From an uncultured virus (IMG/VR IMGVR_UViG_3300025326_000022) (taxonomy: Duplodnaviria > Heunggongvirae > Uroviricota > Caudoviricetes), in the IMG/VR virus record IMGVR_UViG_3300025326_000022: a DNA stretch of 64,000 bases, one strand, 5' to 3'. A program made the position numbers and the translations under genes. Under the pieces are notes generated by a model that searched no databases, was not told the DNA's origin, and saw only the letters and a program-made list of their open reading frames with translations. Below are positions 37,881 through 47,402 of the stretch, in pieces (the stretch's first letter is position 1; every line of letters begins with the position of its first letter).

Positions 37881-39740
37881 CTACACCAGGGCCTTGTGGC
37901 GCCGAGGCGGCCGCTGATCCGGCAGTGGTTTCATATTGTCATTGGGTTTCTGGCCCAGGATCCCAATGATCATCTGGAGGCTCTGGGGGTCAATCTTCTG
38001 ACCCAATTGCTGGAGCGCCTGGGCCCGTTCCCCTTCCTGCAACCCTGCCAATTCCTTGACTGCAGACTTGATCTGCTTTTCCGACAACACCATGGGGCCT
38101 TCCTGACCTTCGGGCTGGCCCCCGGGCTGACTTCCTTGGACACCCCCTTGTTCCGCCTGGGCTTGCGCCTGGGTCGAGGGCATTCCCTGGAGCCTGCTTG
38201 TCGATTTCATGGCCTCCATCTGGGCGTTGCTTTGGTACCTGGCGCCAATCACCTGGGCTTTGCCTTGGTTCTCAGCGCTTTGGAGGAATTGCTTTTGTTC
38301 CATCCGGTTACGAGCCCCAAGCTCCGTTTCGATCATCTTCTCTTCATCAGCAGGATCAAGGTTGAACTCCTCGAGCAATGTCCTGGCGGAAACTCGATTC
38401 ATCTGGTTCAGCTGCATCAGGATGCTCTTGCGCTGAATATCGTCAGCCGTCCGGAGTGAAGTAAACTCAACCGTAGGGGGCTCGATCCGAAGGACATTAC
38501 AGATCGACGAAGTGATGAACTTGACCAACTTAAGTAGCTGGCTCTGGTGGCGTAGGAACTGGTTCTCCAGCATCCGGAGGGTCACGCTACTGCCACTGTA
38601 AGTCGAACCGCCGAACGCAAACTCAATTGGAGCGTTCAACGACATCACGATGCTCTCGGACAACTGCTTGAGTTCGTTGGTCAACAGGAGTGATTTTCCC
38701 TGGCCCCCAAGATACTGGAACCCAATGGGCATCGGGAGCATCGGGATATAGTTTTGATCTTGCCGCCAACGGGCCAACTCTGACCGGGCAGTCGATTGCC
38801 ATGAAGTCAAATCCATCGTTTGGATTGGATCCACGTTTGTTGAGGTAGCGGGGTGGAGGATCCGCAAGGGCACGATATGTTCGTGGGCAATGACCTCTTG
38901 GGACTTCTTCAACACCTGCATGAGGTAGAGGTCTTTCATCGCCGGGAGAACCAACGGGATCCCCAGGCCCATGTCCTGGCCCGCGAGGCTCGGGCGCCTC
39001 ATGTGGAATACATTCTGGCTGTTGAGAAGAATCTTCTCCTTTCGCTTGACCGCATCGATAAACACCTGGGGCGTATCGTTGATCAACAGGGTGTTGCCCT
39101 CGGTAATGGCCTTGGCAGTGGTCATGGGGACCGACAAGATGTAATACGACATCCCGTTGGCTTGGTTGAAAAACACCTCCACGTCCATCACGTCCCATCG
39201 GATCAAGTTGATCTTCCTGGACGATGCTATCGCCATGTCCCGTACTGTAGCGATCGCTACGGAACCGCATCGAGGACAAGGACTAAGCTTGAATTCAAAT
39301 CGCTCGAATTTGTAATTTACCGTGTCGGCCGCCATCTCATGCTTGCACGCCGTGCAGGTGAGCATCTTGCGGATCGGATAGTGAACCGACATGTAGGCGT
39401 TGCCGAACACCAGGACATTGACCCCAACCTCAATGAGGAAGGATTCAAGGTTCAGTTGCTCTTCAAACAATTCGACATAATCGTCGGTGGATTTGTTCTT
39501 GGTCTTCTGGCCGTACCGGAGCTTAGTCACTGGGTAGTAGGCCATCCGGTTGATCACGTTGTTGACCAGCCCGTTGCCAAGATAGTAGGTCTTGCAGAAA
39601 CTAAACAGGTGCTTGACCGTGGTCGGCATGTAGGTCTGGGCCACGTCGAAGAAGGGGTTTGGGTACCGAATGGTACCGCCCCGCGCGACAAAGTCCGTAA
39701 CCGTAGAGGGCCGATCTGGATTACCAAACGTAACACTCAT
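37881..39740 (-). CDS. portal protein
   Basis: 619 aa; FGNAY, FHMRR, GIPLV, LNAPIEF portal-like pattern; Q-rich tail; zinc-ribbon insert. Confidence 0.75.
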   Translation of the reverse strand: MSVTFGNPDRPSTVTDFVARGGTIRYPNPFFDVAQTYMPTTVKHLFSFCKTYYLGNGLVNNVINRMAYYPVTKLRYGQKTKNKSTDDYVELFEEQLNLESFLIEVGVNVLVFGNAYMSVHYPIRKMLTCTACKHEMAADTVNYKFERFEFKLSPCPRCGSVAIATVRDMAIASSRKINLIRWDVMDVEVFFNQANGMSYYILSVPMTTAKAITEGNTLLINDTPQVFIDAVKRKEKILLNSQNVFHMRRPSLAGQDMGLGIPLVLPAMKDLYLMQVLKKSQEVIAHEHIVPLRILHPATSTNVDPIQTMDLTSWQSTARSELARWRQDQNYIPMLPMPIGFQYLGGQGKSLLLTNELKQLSESIVMSLNAPIEFAFGGSTYSGSSVTLRMLENQFLRHQSQLLKLVKFITSSICNVLRIEPPTVEFTSLRTADDIQRKSILMQLNQMNRVSARTLLEEFNLDPADEEKMIETELGARNRMEQKQFLQSAENQGKAQVIGARYQSNAQMEAMKSTSRLQGMPSTQAQAQAEQGGVQGSQPGGQPEGQEGPMVLSEKQIKSAVKELAGLQEGERAQALQQLGQKIDPQSLQMIIGILGQKPNDNMKPLPDQRPPRRHKALV

Positions 39741-39741
39741 G

Positions 39742-40419
39742 CTAAACCTCCAATACTGCCCGCACGGTACGGCCTAGCCCAAATGCATCAGCCTGCTGGG
39801 TAATGATCTCGATGGAACACGAGGATGCCAACACTGTTTCCAAATTCGAATGTCGAAGTAACTCGACCGAGATCGCATTCTCTTCGGTATTGCTCGCTGG
39901 AGTCTTGATCCCAGCGATCAACCCCGCCTTCACCAACTCGGCCCTATTGCTGGCCAATGGATTAGCCTCAAGAAATCGTGACTGCAGGAACCCAAGGTCA
40001 GTAGGCAATAGACTGAACTGCTCGCTCAACATCACGGCCAAGATGTAGGCAATGACGTCATCAGAGAATTCACTCTTGGAATCAATCCACTTGGCCGTGC
40101 GGTACCCATAGAGCAGCACCACGGCGGTCAAGGGGGTCAATTGCGCGAGGTCAACCTGATGGCCCGACAGTCCCCAGGAGACATCCTCAAATGCCCGCCA
40201 GTCTTCCCAATACCCATGGGTACCGTGAAGCACAAGCAACCCGTTAATTTTCGACTGTGTAGCTCGACTTACCGATCCGCCCGATTGTCTCGCCGCCGCC
40301 ATCGCGACGGAGTCCCCATCCCACGTGATCCACTCGGGCCCAAAGATTTCAACGAGCCCGACGTCGAGTACAAGGGGATGAATTTCTGGGCGATTGAATA
40401 GGGATGAAATTTTTGACAT
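39742..40419 (-). CDS. hypothetical protein
   Basis: 225-aa ORF upstream of portal. Confidence 0.65.
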   Translation of the reverse strand: MSKISSLFNRPEIHPLVLDVGLVEIFGPEWITWDGDSVAMAAARQSGGSVSRATQSKINGLLVLHGTHGYWEDWRAFEDVSWGLSGHQVDLAQLTPLTAVVLLYGYRTAKWIDSKSEFSDDVIAYILAVMLSEQFSLLPTDLGFLQSRFLEANPLASNRAELVKAGLIAGIKTPASNTEENAISVELLRHSNLETVLASSCSIEIITQQADAFGLGRTVRAVLEV

Positions 40420-40488
40420 CTGGGTTTCTGGTCCACGCGAGAGTCACCTCATCGCTACAGAATCGCCATCACGATACATGATTATCCG

Positions 40489-41502
40489 TCAGTTGTCCCC
40501 CTGGACGATCCCAAGGGATTCGAGCCCGTCGAGGATGTGCTGGAGCACCGGGGTCCCGGTGTATTCGTCCAACACCTCGGGGTGCTGGCGAAGTGCCCGT
40601 TTGGTGTCGTCTTCGAAGACATCCAACAGGCCCGCATCGCACGCTGCGTCCCAATGTTCACGTGACATTTCGAACTCCGCGAACTTCACCAACTCGACCT
40701 CAGGTTCAGAAAACCCATGGATAGCCTGGGGATCCCGCAGCTTGGTGTCCCACAGGACATCAAACCCAAGCTCTTGATCCAGCTGTTCAAACACCGATGC
40801 CACCTTTTCGGGTGACATCACAAGGATCTGGTCAATCGCCCCCCGGAGCAACTCGGCCTGCTGGGGATTCATCATGGAGGCCCGCTTCTCCACGCCATCG
40901 AGCACCAGCCCCTTGGCCAAGACGTTCCCGCCCCACTGGGCAGCGGTATCGGGCATCCCGAGCCCATGGGCCGACGCCTGTTTCTGCAGGTTCAAGGTAA
41001 ACTCCCGTCGTTCCGATGGTGCCAGTTTTCGGATGATCTGGGGGTATAGGTCTGTCGCGAGCTTTACTTGTTCGGCCGTCGAGAGAGGGAACCACGGGGT
41101 GCCCTCGATCCCTTGGTCCGGGAACCGGGTCTTAAAACTTGCGGTTTTTTCTTCTTCCTGATACTCTGTCGCTAATTCCGCAACTTTTTCCGTCACCTCC
41201 AGGGAATGGTGGTCACATGCTTCGAGCAATCGAGTGGCCGCTTCCTTGCGAAGATCAGCAGGAAGATTTTGATGCGTATGTTCGAAGTAGAGACAACTCA
41301 CCGCCGTGGCCCCAGGGGTCATCAAGGGGTAAGCATACTTGATCCCATCGTGCAGCGGCACCGCGACGGCAAAGTCATCGGACGCATACTTTGGAAGATC
41401 GAATTGCCTGGGTTGGCCCATGAGGACAAACTTGGGAAGTTGAGAGACATCTGGGTAGAGCCGCTTCAGTAACGCTCCAGCATCATCATATATGTCGAAC
41501 AC
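40489..41502 (-). CDS. putative head protein (about ten K-x-A motifs)
   Basis: 337 aa; AGGAGG RBS. Confidence 0.65.
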   Translation of the reverse strand: MFDIYDDAGALLKRLYPDVSQLPKFVLMGQPRQFDLPKYASDDFAVAVPLHDGIKYAYPLMTPGATAVSCLYFEHTHQNLPADLRKEAATRLLEACDHHSLEVTEKVAELATEYQEEEKTASFKTRFPDQGIEGTPWFPLSTAEQVKLATDLYPQIIRKLAPSERREFTLNLQKQASAHGLGMPDTAAQWGGNVLAKGLVLDGVEKRASMMNPQQAELLRGAIDQILVMSPEKVASVFEQLDQELGFDVLWDTKLRDPQAIHGFSEPEVELVKFAEFEMSREHWDAACDAGLLDVFEDDTKRALRQHPEVLDEYTGTPVLQHILDGLESLGIVQGDN

Positions 41503-41521
41503 GGGTATCCTCCTGGATCAA

Positions 41522-42796
41522 ATGCTTTGGTTACCCCGGGGTACCCCCGAGGCCGATAAAGCCATGTACGACCTACAGTATATTGTACTACCCACCGGAA
41601 GGGCAACCGTGGCCAAGGTGGTGAAACTGTACCACGAGACCCCCGACCACATCGTGGCCCCAAGGCACTACCTTGACCTCGCCTCTACCCCTACGCACTA
41701 CCGTGGCCCCAAGGATTTCCCCACGGTGGCGGAGCACTGCGCTATTGTCCCGAGGGACCAGTTGCAGGTCGATGCCATCCAGTTCCTCCGGGACGCCGGG
41801 ACCCTGCCCCCAGGGCAGTCCGACGCTATCGTGAGTCTTCGGTGCGGAGAGGGCAAGATGTACATCGCCCTCAAGGCCGCGGTGGAGTACGGTCGCTGGA
41901 CCCTGGTGGTGGCCCACACGAAAGACATCCTGGAACAATGGACCGAGGTGATCCTGAAGGAGACGTCGATCAAACGGGTAGGCCGGGTGATATCCGGAGA
42001 TCTTGATCTCCAGCCCTTCACCGTCGCGCTGGTCCAGTCGGTCCTTGCGCTCGATGAAACTAACAAGCGTATGCTAGGCGAAATATATGGATGCATTATT
42101 ATGGACGAGATGCATCATCTCGCTGCCCCCGTGTTCTCCGGGGTGGCCAATGCTTTCCCAGGGCGCCGCATAGGGTTGTCCGCCACCCTGGCGCGAGAGG
42201 ACTACCTGTCGTTCGTCTACTACCATGCCTTGAGTAAGAACGTGTTCTATCGAGACTCCACCAGGGCCAAGGCCTCGGTATTCTTCCGGCTCGTCCGGAT
42301 GGATGACCTGCTGCTGGACGACAACTACGCCGTGGCGGTCACCCAGTTGGCCGAATCGGAACAATACCTCGGGGTCCTGGAGACAGACATTCGAGAAGGA
42401 TACCGTCAACTTCGAAAGCAACTCATCATCTCGAGCCGTCGGCAAGTATTGTTGAACCTCAGGGACAGGTTGCATGACCTTGCCCCCGGGATCAACATCA
42501 TGGAAACTCCGGCAGATGTCCGGCTCGCGAACCTCCGGACCAAGCCCATTACCTTGGCAATCGAGCTATTCGGAAAAGAAGGATTGAGTGAACCATCACT
42601 CGATACCCTCAGGGTCGTGACCCCGATGAAAGACCGCAACGCCGTGGTCCAGACGGTTGGGCGGCTCGAACGTGAAGGCGGGCAAGAACCGCAGGCATGG
42701 TTTTACGCGGCGCGGCACCCAGCCTTCATCAGGACACTGAACAAGACAATGGAATCCCTGACGGTCTCGGGCTACAGGGTCCAGAAGGATGTGTAA
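41522..42796 (+). CDS. superfamily 2 helicase-like protein
   Basis: CGEGKM (Walker A variant), DEMH, GLSAT, EGL, QTVGRLER. Confidence 0.8.
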   Translation: MLWLPRGTPEADKAMYDLQYIVLPTGRATVAKVVKLYHETPDHIVAPRHYLDLASTPTHYRGPKDFPTVAEHCAIVPRDQLQVDAIQFLRDAGTLPPGQSDAIVSLRCGEGKMYIALKAAVEYGRWTLVVAHTKDILEQWTEVILKETSIKRVGRVISGDLDLQPFTVALVQSVLALDETNKRMLGEIYGCIIMDEMHHLAAPVFSGVANAFPGRRIGLSATLAREDYLSFVYYHALSKNVFYRDSTRAKASVFFRLVRMDDLLLDDNYAVAVTQLAESEQYLGVLETDIREGYRQLRKQLIISSRRQVLLNLRDRLHDLAPGINIMETPADVRLANLRTKPITLAIELFGKEGLSEPSLDTLRVVTPMKDRNAVVQTVGRLEREGGQEPQAWFYAARHPAFIRTLNKTMESLTVSGYRVQKDV

Positions 42797-43475
42797 AATG
42801 GACAAACGAAGTGATATCAAACAACTATTCGAAGAGTACAAGGGGTGCCTCCGGTGTCCTGACCTGTGTACGCGGCGAACCAAGGTGGTGTTCGGTGAAG
42901 GTGGGATAAATGCCAACCTCATGATCATCGGGGAACCACCTGGCGCCTACGAGGATAAGGTCGGGTTCCCCCTCAGGGGTGAGGCCGGGAGTCTGTTGGA
43001 CGAGATATTCACCCCCCTGGGGATATCACGCCAATACGATGTCTACATCACCTCGATGGTGCTGTGCCGGCCATCATACGATGAGGACACCGACGAAGGG
43101 ATCAAGCGTAAGCCGAGATCACCTACACGAGACGAACTACTCGCCTGTAACCCAAGGCTCATGCAGGAAATCTACATCGTGGACCCCAAGATCATCCTGC
43201 TGCTAGGCGAGAGAGCCGCGACCCTTGTGACCCGCAACACCATCACCAAGGCGTCCGACACCGTCCATTACCTCGAGGTTCCTGGCAAAAGCATTGCCAA
43301 GACACTTCGATACCCCGCGGTGGTGTCGTGGGACCCCGGGAAAGTCGCCCGTGGGTCCATGGTGGAGAACCCGGGGACACAGTTGACACAACTCAAGGAA
43401 GCCGTATCGGTGGCCTGGAGTGCCGCGATGTCGGCCAAAGAATTTAGCAAGGAGCTTACCCATGAATCGAAATGA
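42789..43475 (+). CDS. uracil-DNA glycosylase family 4-like protein (divergent)
   Basis: CLRCPDL, VFGEG, IGEPPG..ED, LCRP, LAC, ILLLG. Confidence 0.8.
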   Translation: MCKMDKRSDIKQLFEEYKGCLRCPDLCTRRTKVVFGEGGINANLMIIGEPPGAYEDKVGFPLRGEAGSLLDEIFTPLGISRQYDVYITSMVLCRPSYDEDTDEGIKRKPRSPTRDELLACNPRLMQEIYIVDPKIILLLGERAATLVTRNTITKASDTVHYLEVPGKSIAKTLRYPAVVSWDPGKVARGSMVENPGTQLTQLKEAVSVAWSAAMSAKEFSKELTHESK

Positions 43476-43818
43476 TGCACTTTCCGCACTGTTGGGCGCG
43501 AGGACCGGGGGCGCCACCACGACAAAACAAGGATACCTCGGGGCCACGGTCATGACCCCCGTGGAGGTGAAGGTTGAGGCCCCGGATCTCCGGGGTATCG
43601 ATCCAAGCCAAATCGGCTGGGTGTCGGCCGAACTGGACAATGCCCGTAACCTTGAGTTCAGCAAGGTGGGGATCCGGGTGTTTGCCAAGACCCCGTGTCA
43701 CCCGGGCGATGAGAAAAAGCAACTCGACCGGCTCATCGGTATCCTCAAGGCCACGGCCGAGGAACATGAGCAATACGCCTACGATCGTTTGACCCGCTGG
43801 GCCAGTGAAAATACATGA
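43462..43818 (+). CDS. hypothetical protein
   Basis: AAGGAG RBS. Confidence 0.65.
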   Translation: MNRNDALSALLGARTGGATTTKQGYLGATVMTPVEVKVEAPDLRGIDPSQIGWVSAELDNARNLEFSKVGIRVFAKTPCHPGDEKKQLDRLIGILKATAEEHEQYAYDRLTRWASENT

Positions 43819-43833
43819 TCTGGTGCTCATAAG
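43805..43833 (+). promoter_or_regulatory. class I promoter-like motif GTGAAA-N17-CATAAG
   Basis: Upstream of the replication operon. Confidence 0.6.
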
Positions 43834-43870
43834 AGGACGATCTACTTAACCCATACCCCAAAGGAGTACC

Positions 43871-44311
43871 ATGCGCTTACCTGAAAAAATCAAAATTCAA
43901 CGCGATGCCCTCGATCAATCCAACAGCACGATCGAGATCCTGATGACAGAGCACGGCGACAAAATCAGGTTGTACACCAAGCTTGTAGATAACAAAGACG
44001 CGATCGAGAAACGACTCGTCGAATTGTCCAAGCAAGAGGCCGAATCAAACAAGGACTTCCGTGATGTAACGGGCAAGAGCTTCAGTCTCTCGCTCACGCC
44101 GAACCGCTTCGTGGATACCGCAGTCCTCAAGACCCTGTTGTCAAACCCGCTCGAACAATACCCTGGCCTCGTGGAACCCAAGGAGCCTGTCGTCTTGACC
44201 GCTACGCTCGAGACCTTGGTGAAGGCCAAGGCCCTTCCGTCCGAAGCCCTCACGGCCATCAAGACCAAGAGCTTCACCGCCAAGATCACAAAACCAGAGG
44301 AGGACAAATGA
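43871..44311 (+). CDS. hypothetical coiled-coil protein
   Basis: AAGGAG RBS, 146 aa. Confidence 0.7.
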   Translation: MRLPEKIKIQRDALDQSNSTIEILMTEHGDKIRLYTKLVDNKDAIEKRLVELSKQEAESNKDFRDVTGKSFSLSLTPNRFVDTAVLKTLLSNPLEQYPGLVEPKEPVVLTATLETLVKAKALPSEALTAIKTKSFTAKITKPEEDK

Positions 44312-44643
44312 AGATCGAGATCAAAGAAATCCGTATCCTCGGGGGGGAGTTCCGTATCTCCCCCCCGGAACCCGGGATAACCCCTGGGCCAGCGGATGAG
44401 GAATCCAAGTTGTTGCTCGGCTGTGAGTTCGCCATGCTGTCGAGCCGTGGGGAGCTGGTGGCCAAGGGCACGATATCCAACAGCCCCACGGCTGCAAACA
44501 ACAACATGGTGATGGACCGCGAGACCCTCAAGGCCTTTGCCTATTTTTTTAACTGCCTACGGGACGATATTGCCAACGCCCTGGAGCACAACCACGAGGA
44601 ACGAGATGTTCTGGCGAGCATTCTGGGGAACCGTCCTTCCTGA
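44308..44643 (+). CDS. hypothetical protein
   Basis: GAGGAGG RBS, ATGA coupling. Confidence 0.65.
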   Translation: MKIEIKEIRILGGEFRISPPEPGITPGPADEESKLLLGCEFAMLSSRGELVAKGTISNSPTAANNNMVMDRETLKAFAYFFNCLRDDIANALEHNHEERDVLASILGNRPS

Positions 44644-45193
44644 AAAACCGGAGTACCGGTTTCTCGACCACGGGGATTACCTGGAGAATCCCTCGGGTGA
44701 GCGCCTGGAAGAACTGCGACGGCCGGCCATAACCTCCATCATGGCCATGGAGGCCGCGAGTTACCACATGGCCACCCTGGTGCGCTCAACCCATAGAAAA
44801 TGGGGTCTTGAGGTCGGGATGTCGATCCCCGGGACCATGACGGCATGGTTTGCCGTGGATGACTATAGCGCAGGCAAGTTCAGTTCCGCCGGACTCGTGG
44901 TGTACCGTGGGGTAGCGTTCGGTGCCCCCTCGGTCATCAAGGGAGACCTCGAGGACGTGGCCCGCGTGGCCCTGACCCACGGGGTACCGGCGGACAACAT
45001 GGAGTTCATCACCGAGATGCTCGCGTCGCCATTCAACTTCCCCTTGACCAAGCGAGTCGAAAACCTGTGGGGCAACATCCTGCATCTTGGGGATCTCCCG
45101 GTACTCGAAGCATTATTACAACTACAACAACTCCGCGGAGTCAGCCTCAAGACCGCGCTGGCCGCCACCAAGACACTCGAGGAAATCCTATGA
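44606..45193 (+). CDS. hypothetical protein
   Basis: GAGGA RBS; stop coupled to helicase start. Confidence 0.6.
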   Translation: MFWRAFWGTVLPEKPEYRFLDHGDYLENPSGERLEELRRPAITSIMAMEAASYHMATLVRSTHRKWGLEVGMSIPGTMTAWFAVDDYSAGKFSSAGLVVYRGVAFGAPSVIKGDLEDVARVALTHGVPADNMEFITEMLASPFNFPLTKRVENLWGNILHLGDLPVLEALLQLQQLRGVSLKTALAATKTLEEIL

Positions 45194-46503
45194 GCAGTAC
45201 TGTCAAGCTCTTGACCAAAGCGATCGAAAGCTCGACCAATTTCCTGGAGGCCAAGCGCCTTGGGGTTACGGAACGATCGTTCTACACGCCAGACGAAAAA
45301 GCCGTCTGGGGATTCATCGGGGCATATTTCCAACGTCACACCAACGTCCCGCCACTCGAGGACATCACACGGCTTGTCCCCGCGTTCATGTACACCCCCG
45401 AGACCACCATGAATGTCTCGGAGCTAGTGGACAGGGTTCATAAGGAGCGAGTCGAAATTACCCTCAGGGCCTCGATTGCCAACGCGGAAAGCAACATCGC
45501 GATGCAGCAGTATGACGACGCCGTCGCGGAACTGCACCGCGGGGCCTCGGCCGCCAGCTCCAGCATGATGATGTCAAAAGACATCACTATGTCGAGCCAC
45601 TCGGGTAAGCTCTATCAAATGTACCTCGACATCAAGCATGGCGGCAGGATGAGGGGAATTCCCTGGCCTTGGGCACCGCTCAACGAGGCAACCGGCGGAA
45701 TCCAGCCAGGGACATTCAACGTGATCTATGGGCGTATGAAATCTACCAAGACGTTCCGGCTCCTGGAAATCGCGTGTGCGGCCCAACGGGCTGGCAAGCG
45801 CTCCCTGGTGGTGTCGTGCGAAATGGCCGAGGAGGTACTGCTCAACCGTACGGCCGCGATCCAGTGTCATGTGGACTACGGCCAGGTGCTCGGCGGCAGC
45901 TTGTTTGAAACCGACGAGGCAAGGTTCCGCGAATACTTAACGTCTCGGAATACGATTCCGTATGAACAGGAGATCATCATCACGTCGCTGACTGATAACA
46001 TCGAAGGCCGAACGGTCTCGTCCCTCATGGCCAAGATCGACGAATATAAGCCCGACATCCTGTTGGTGGACTCGCTCTACAAGATGGTGGATCAGCAGAC
46101 CAAGAAACGGGACGCCGACCCCAAGACCATCCGGAACATCAGTTACGATCTGCAACACCTTTGCCAAGCGCTCAAGCTCCCGAGTGTCATCACGACCCAG
46201 GCGAATCGGAAGGGCGAGAGAGCACGCCTCTGGGTCACGGGAGACGCGGCGTTCTCCGATGCCTTTGCGATGGACTGTGACCTCATGCTCCGGCTCGACA
46301 ATGACAAACGTCTCGAACGTACGGTTTTTTTAGTCCAGGCGGCCCGCGAGACCACGCTGGACGGCTTCTCCGTTGGGAACAAATGCTGTCATGGCCTTGG
46401 CCCCATCATGTTGCCCAACGGTCAACCCGACTGGAAACTTCCGTCCAAGTACCTTGGGGAGGATGAGGAAGAATCCAAGGAGACCAACCGGTTCAACGAC
46501 TAA
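45190..46503 (+). CDS. dnaB: DnaB-like replicative helicase
   Basis: LNEATGGIQPG, GRMKSTKT, SCEM, LLVDSLY, TTQANR, AFSDA. Confidence 0.85.
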   Translation: MSSTVKLLTKAIESSTNFLEAKRLGVTERSFYTPDEKAVWGFIGAYFQRHTNVPPLEDITRLVPAFMYTPETTMNVSELVDRVHKERVEITLRASIANAESNIAMQQYDDAVAELHRGASAASSSMMMSKDITMSSHSGKLYQMYLDIKHGGRMRGIPWPWAPLNEATGGIQPGTFNVIYGRMKSTKTFRLLEIACAAQRAGKRSLVVSCEMAEEVLLNRTAAIQCHVDYGQVLGGSLFETDEARFREYLTSRNTIPYEQEIIITSLTDNIEGRTVSSLMAKIDEYKPDILLVDSLYKMVDQQTKKRDADPKTIRNISYDLQHLCQALKLPSVITTQANRKGERARLWVTGDAAFSDAFAMDCDLMLRLDNDKRLERTVFLVQAARETTLDGFSVGNKCCHGLGPIMLPNGQPDWKLPSKYLGEDEEESKETNRFND

Positions 46504-47363
46504 TGGATTTGTTAGACCAGCTCGACGCCCGGCTCAACCTGGTGCGTCGTACCAGCGATACCCATGCGATTGCCGCGTGCCCTGTCCACAAGGGCGGACA
46601 AGAGGCACATCCAAGTTTTTCAGTCCATCTGGCCAGTGGCCACTACCGGTGCTTTAGCTGCGGGATCACAGGAAATTTCGAATCCCTCAAGAAATTACTT
46701 GGGTATAATTTCGACGGCGTCAACCTGATGCCCGCGATCCGCCGGGAAACGAACGACCAGATGAACGAATCGGTCTTGGCGCTGTTTCGCTACTGCCCCG
46801 TGGCCCTGGCGGACACAGGTTTCTCCGAAGCCACATTACTGAAATTCGAAGTCGGGTACGACATGATGTACGAGCGCATCACGTTCCCAATCCGGGCACC
46901 CGGTGGTCGTCTCGTGGCAATCAGCGGGCGAGCGGCCGACGGGGTGGAACCGCGGTATAAAGTCTATACCGGGACGATGCTCCGGGGTGCTGTAGATCAC
47001 AACTATGCACCTCGAAACAAGTCATGGCTCTACGGGGGCCACCTGGTGCCCAAGGGCACCCCGTTGCTTTATGTGGTCGAGGGGTACAAGGCCTGCCTTT
47101 GGCTCAAGCAGCACGGGGTCGACAACGTCGTCGCCACCATGGGGACCAAGGTGACGCCGTCACAAATCACCCATTTGCAGAATCTGGCGGACCGTGTTAT
47201 CGTGGTGTTTGACAACGACGTTTCCGGAAGAACCTCTGGGAAAATCGTTCAACAAGCGCTCCTGGCCCAAGGGGTACCCGCGACGGTGCTCCAGTACCCA
47301 GGGGCCCAACCGGATAACCTGTCACCTGAAGAAATAAAACACCTGTTTAACCCAGCTAACTAG
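46503..47363 (+). CDS. dnaG: DNA primase (CHC2 zinc finger + TOPRIM)
   Basis: CPVH...PSF...CFSCG; RITFPI; SGR; VVEG; ATMGT; FDNDVSG. Confidence 0.9.
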   Translation: MDLLDQLDARLNLVRRTSDTHAIAACPVHKGGQEAHPSFSVHLASGHYRCFSCGITGNFESLKKLLGYNFDGVNLMPAIRRETNDQMNESVLALFRYCPVALADTGFSEATLLKFEVGYDMMYERITFPIRAPGGRLVAISGRAADGVEPRYKVYTGTMLRGAVDHNYAPRNKSWLYGGHLVPKGTPLLYVVEGYKACLWLKQHGVDNVVATMGTKVTPSQITHLQNLADRVIVVFDNDVSGRTSGKIVQQALLAQGVPATVLQYPGAQPDNLSPEEIKHLFNPAN

Positions 47364-47402
47364 ACCATCAGGCTACTTAGCTACCCACTACAAGGAGAAC
47401 CT

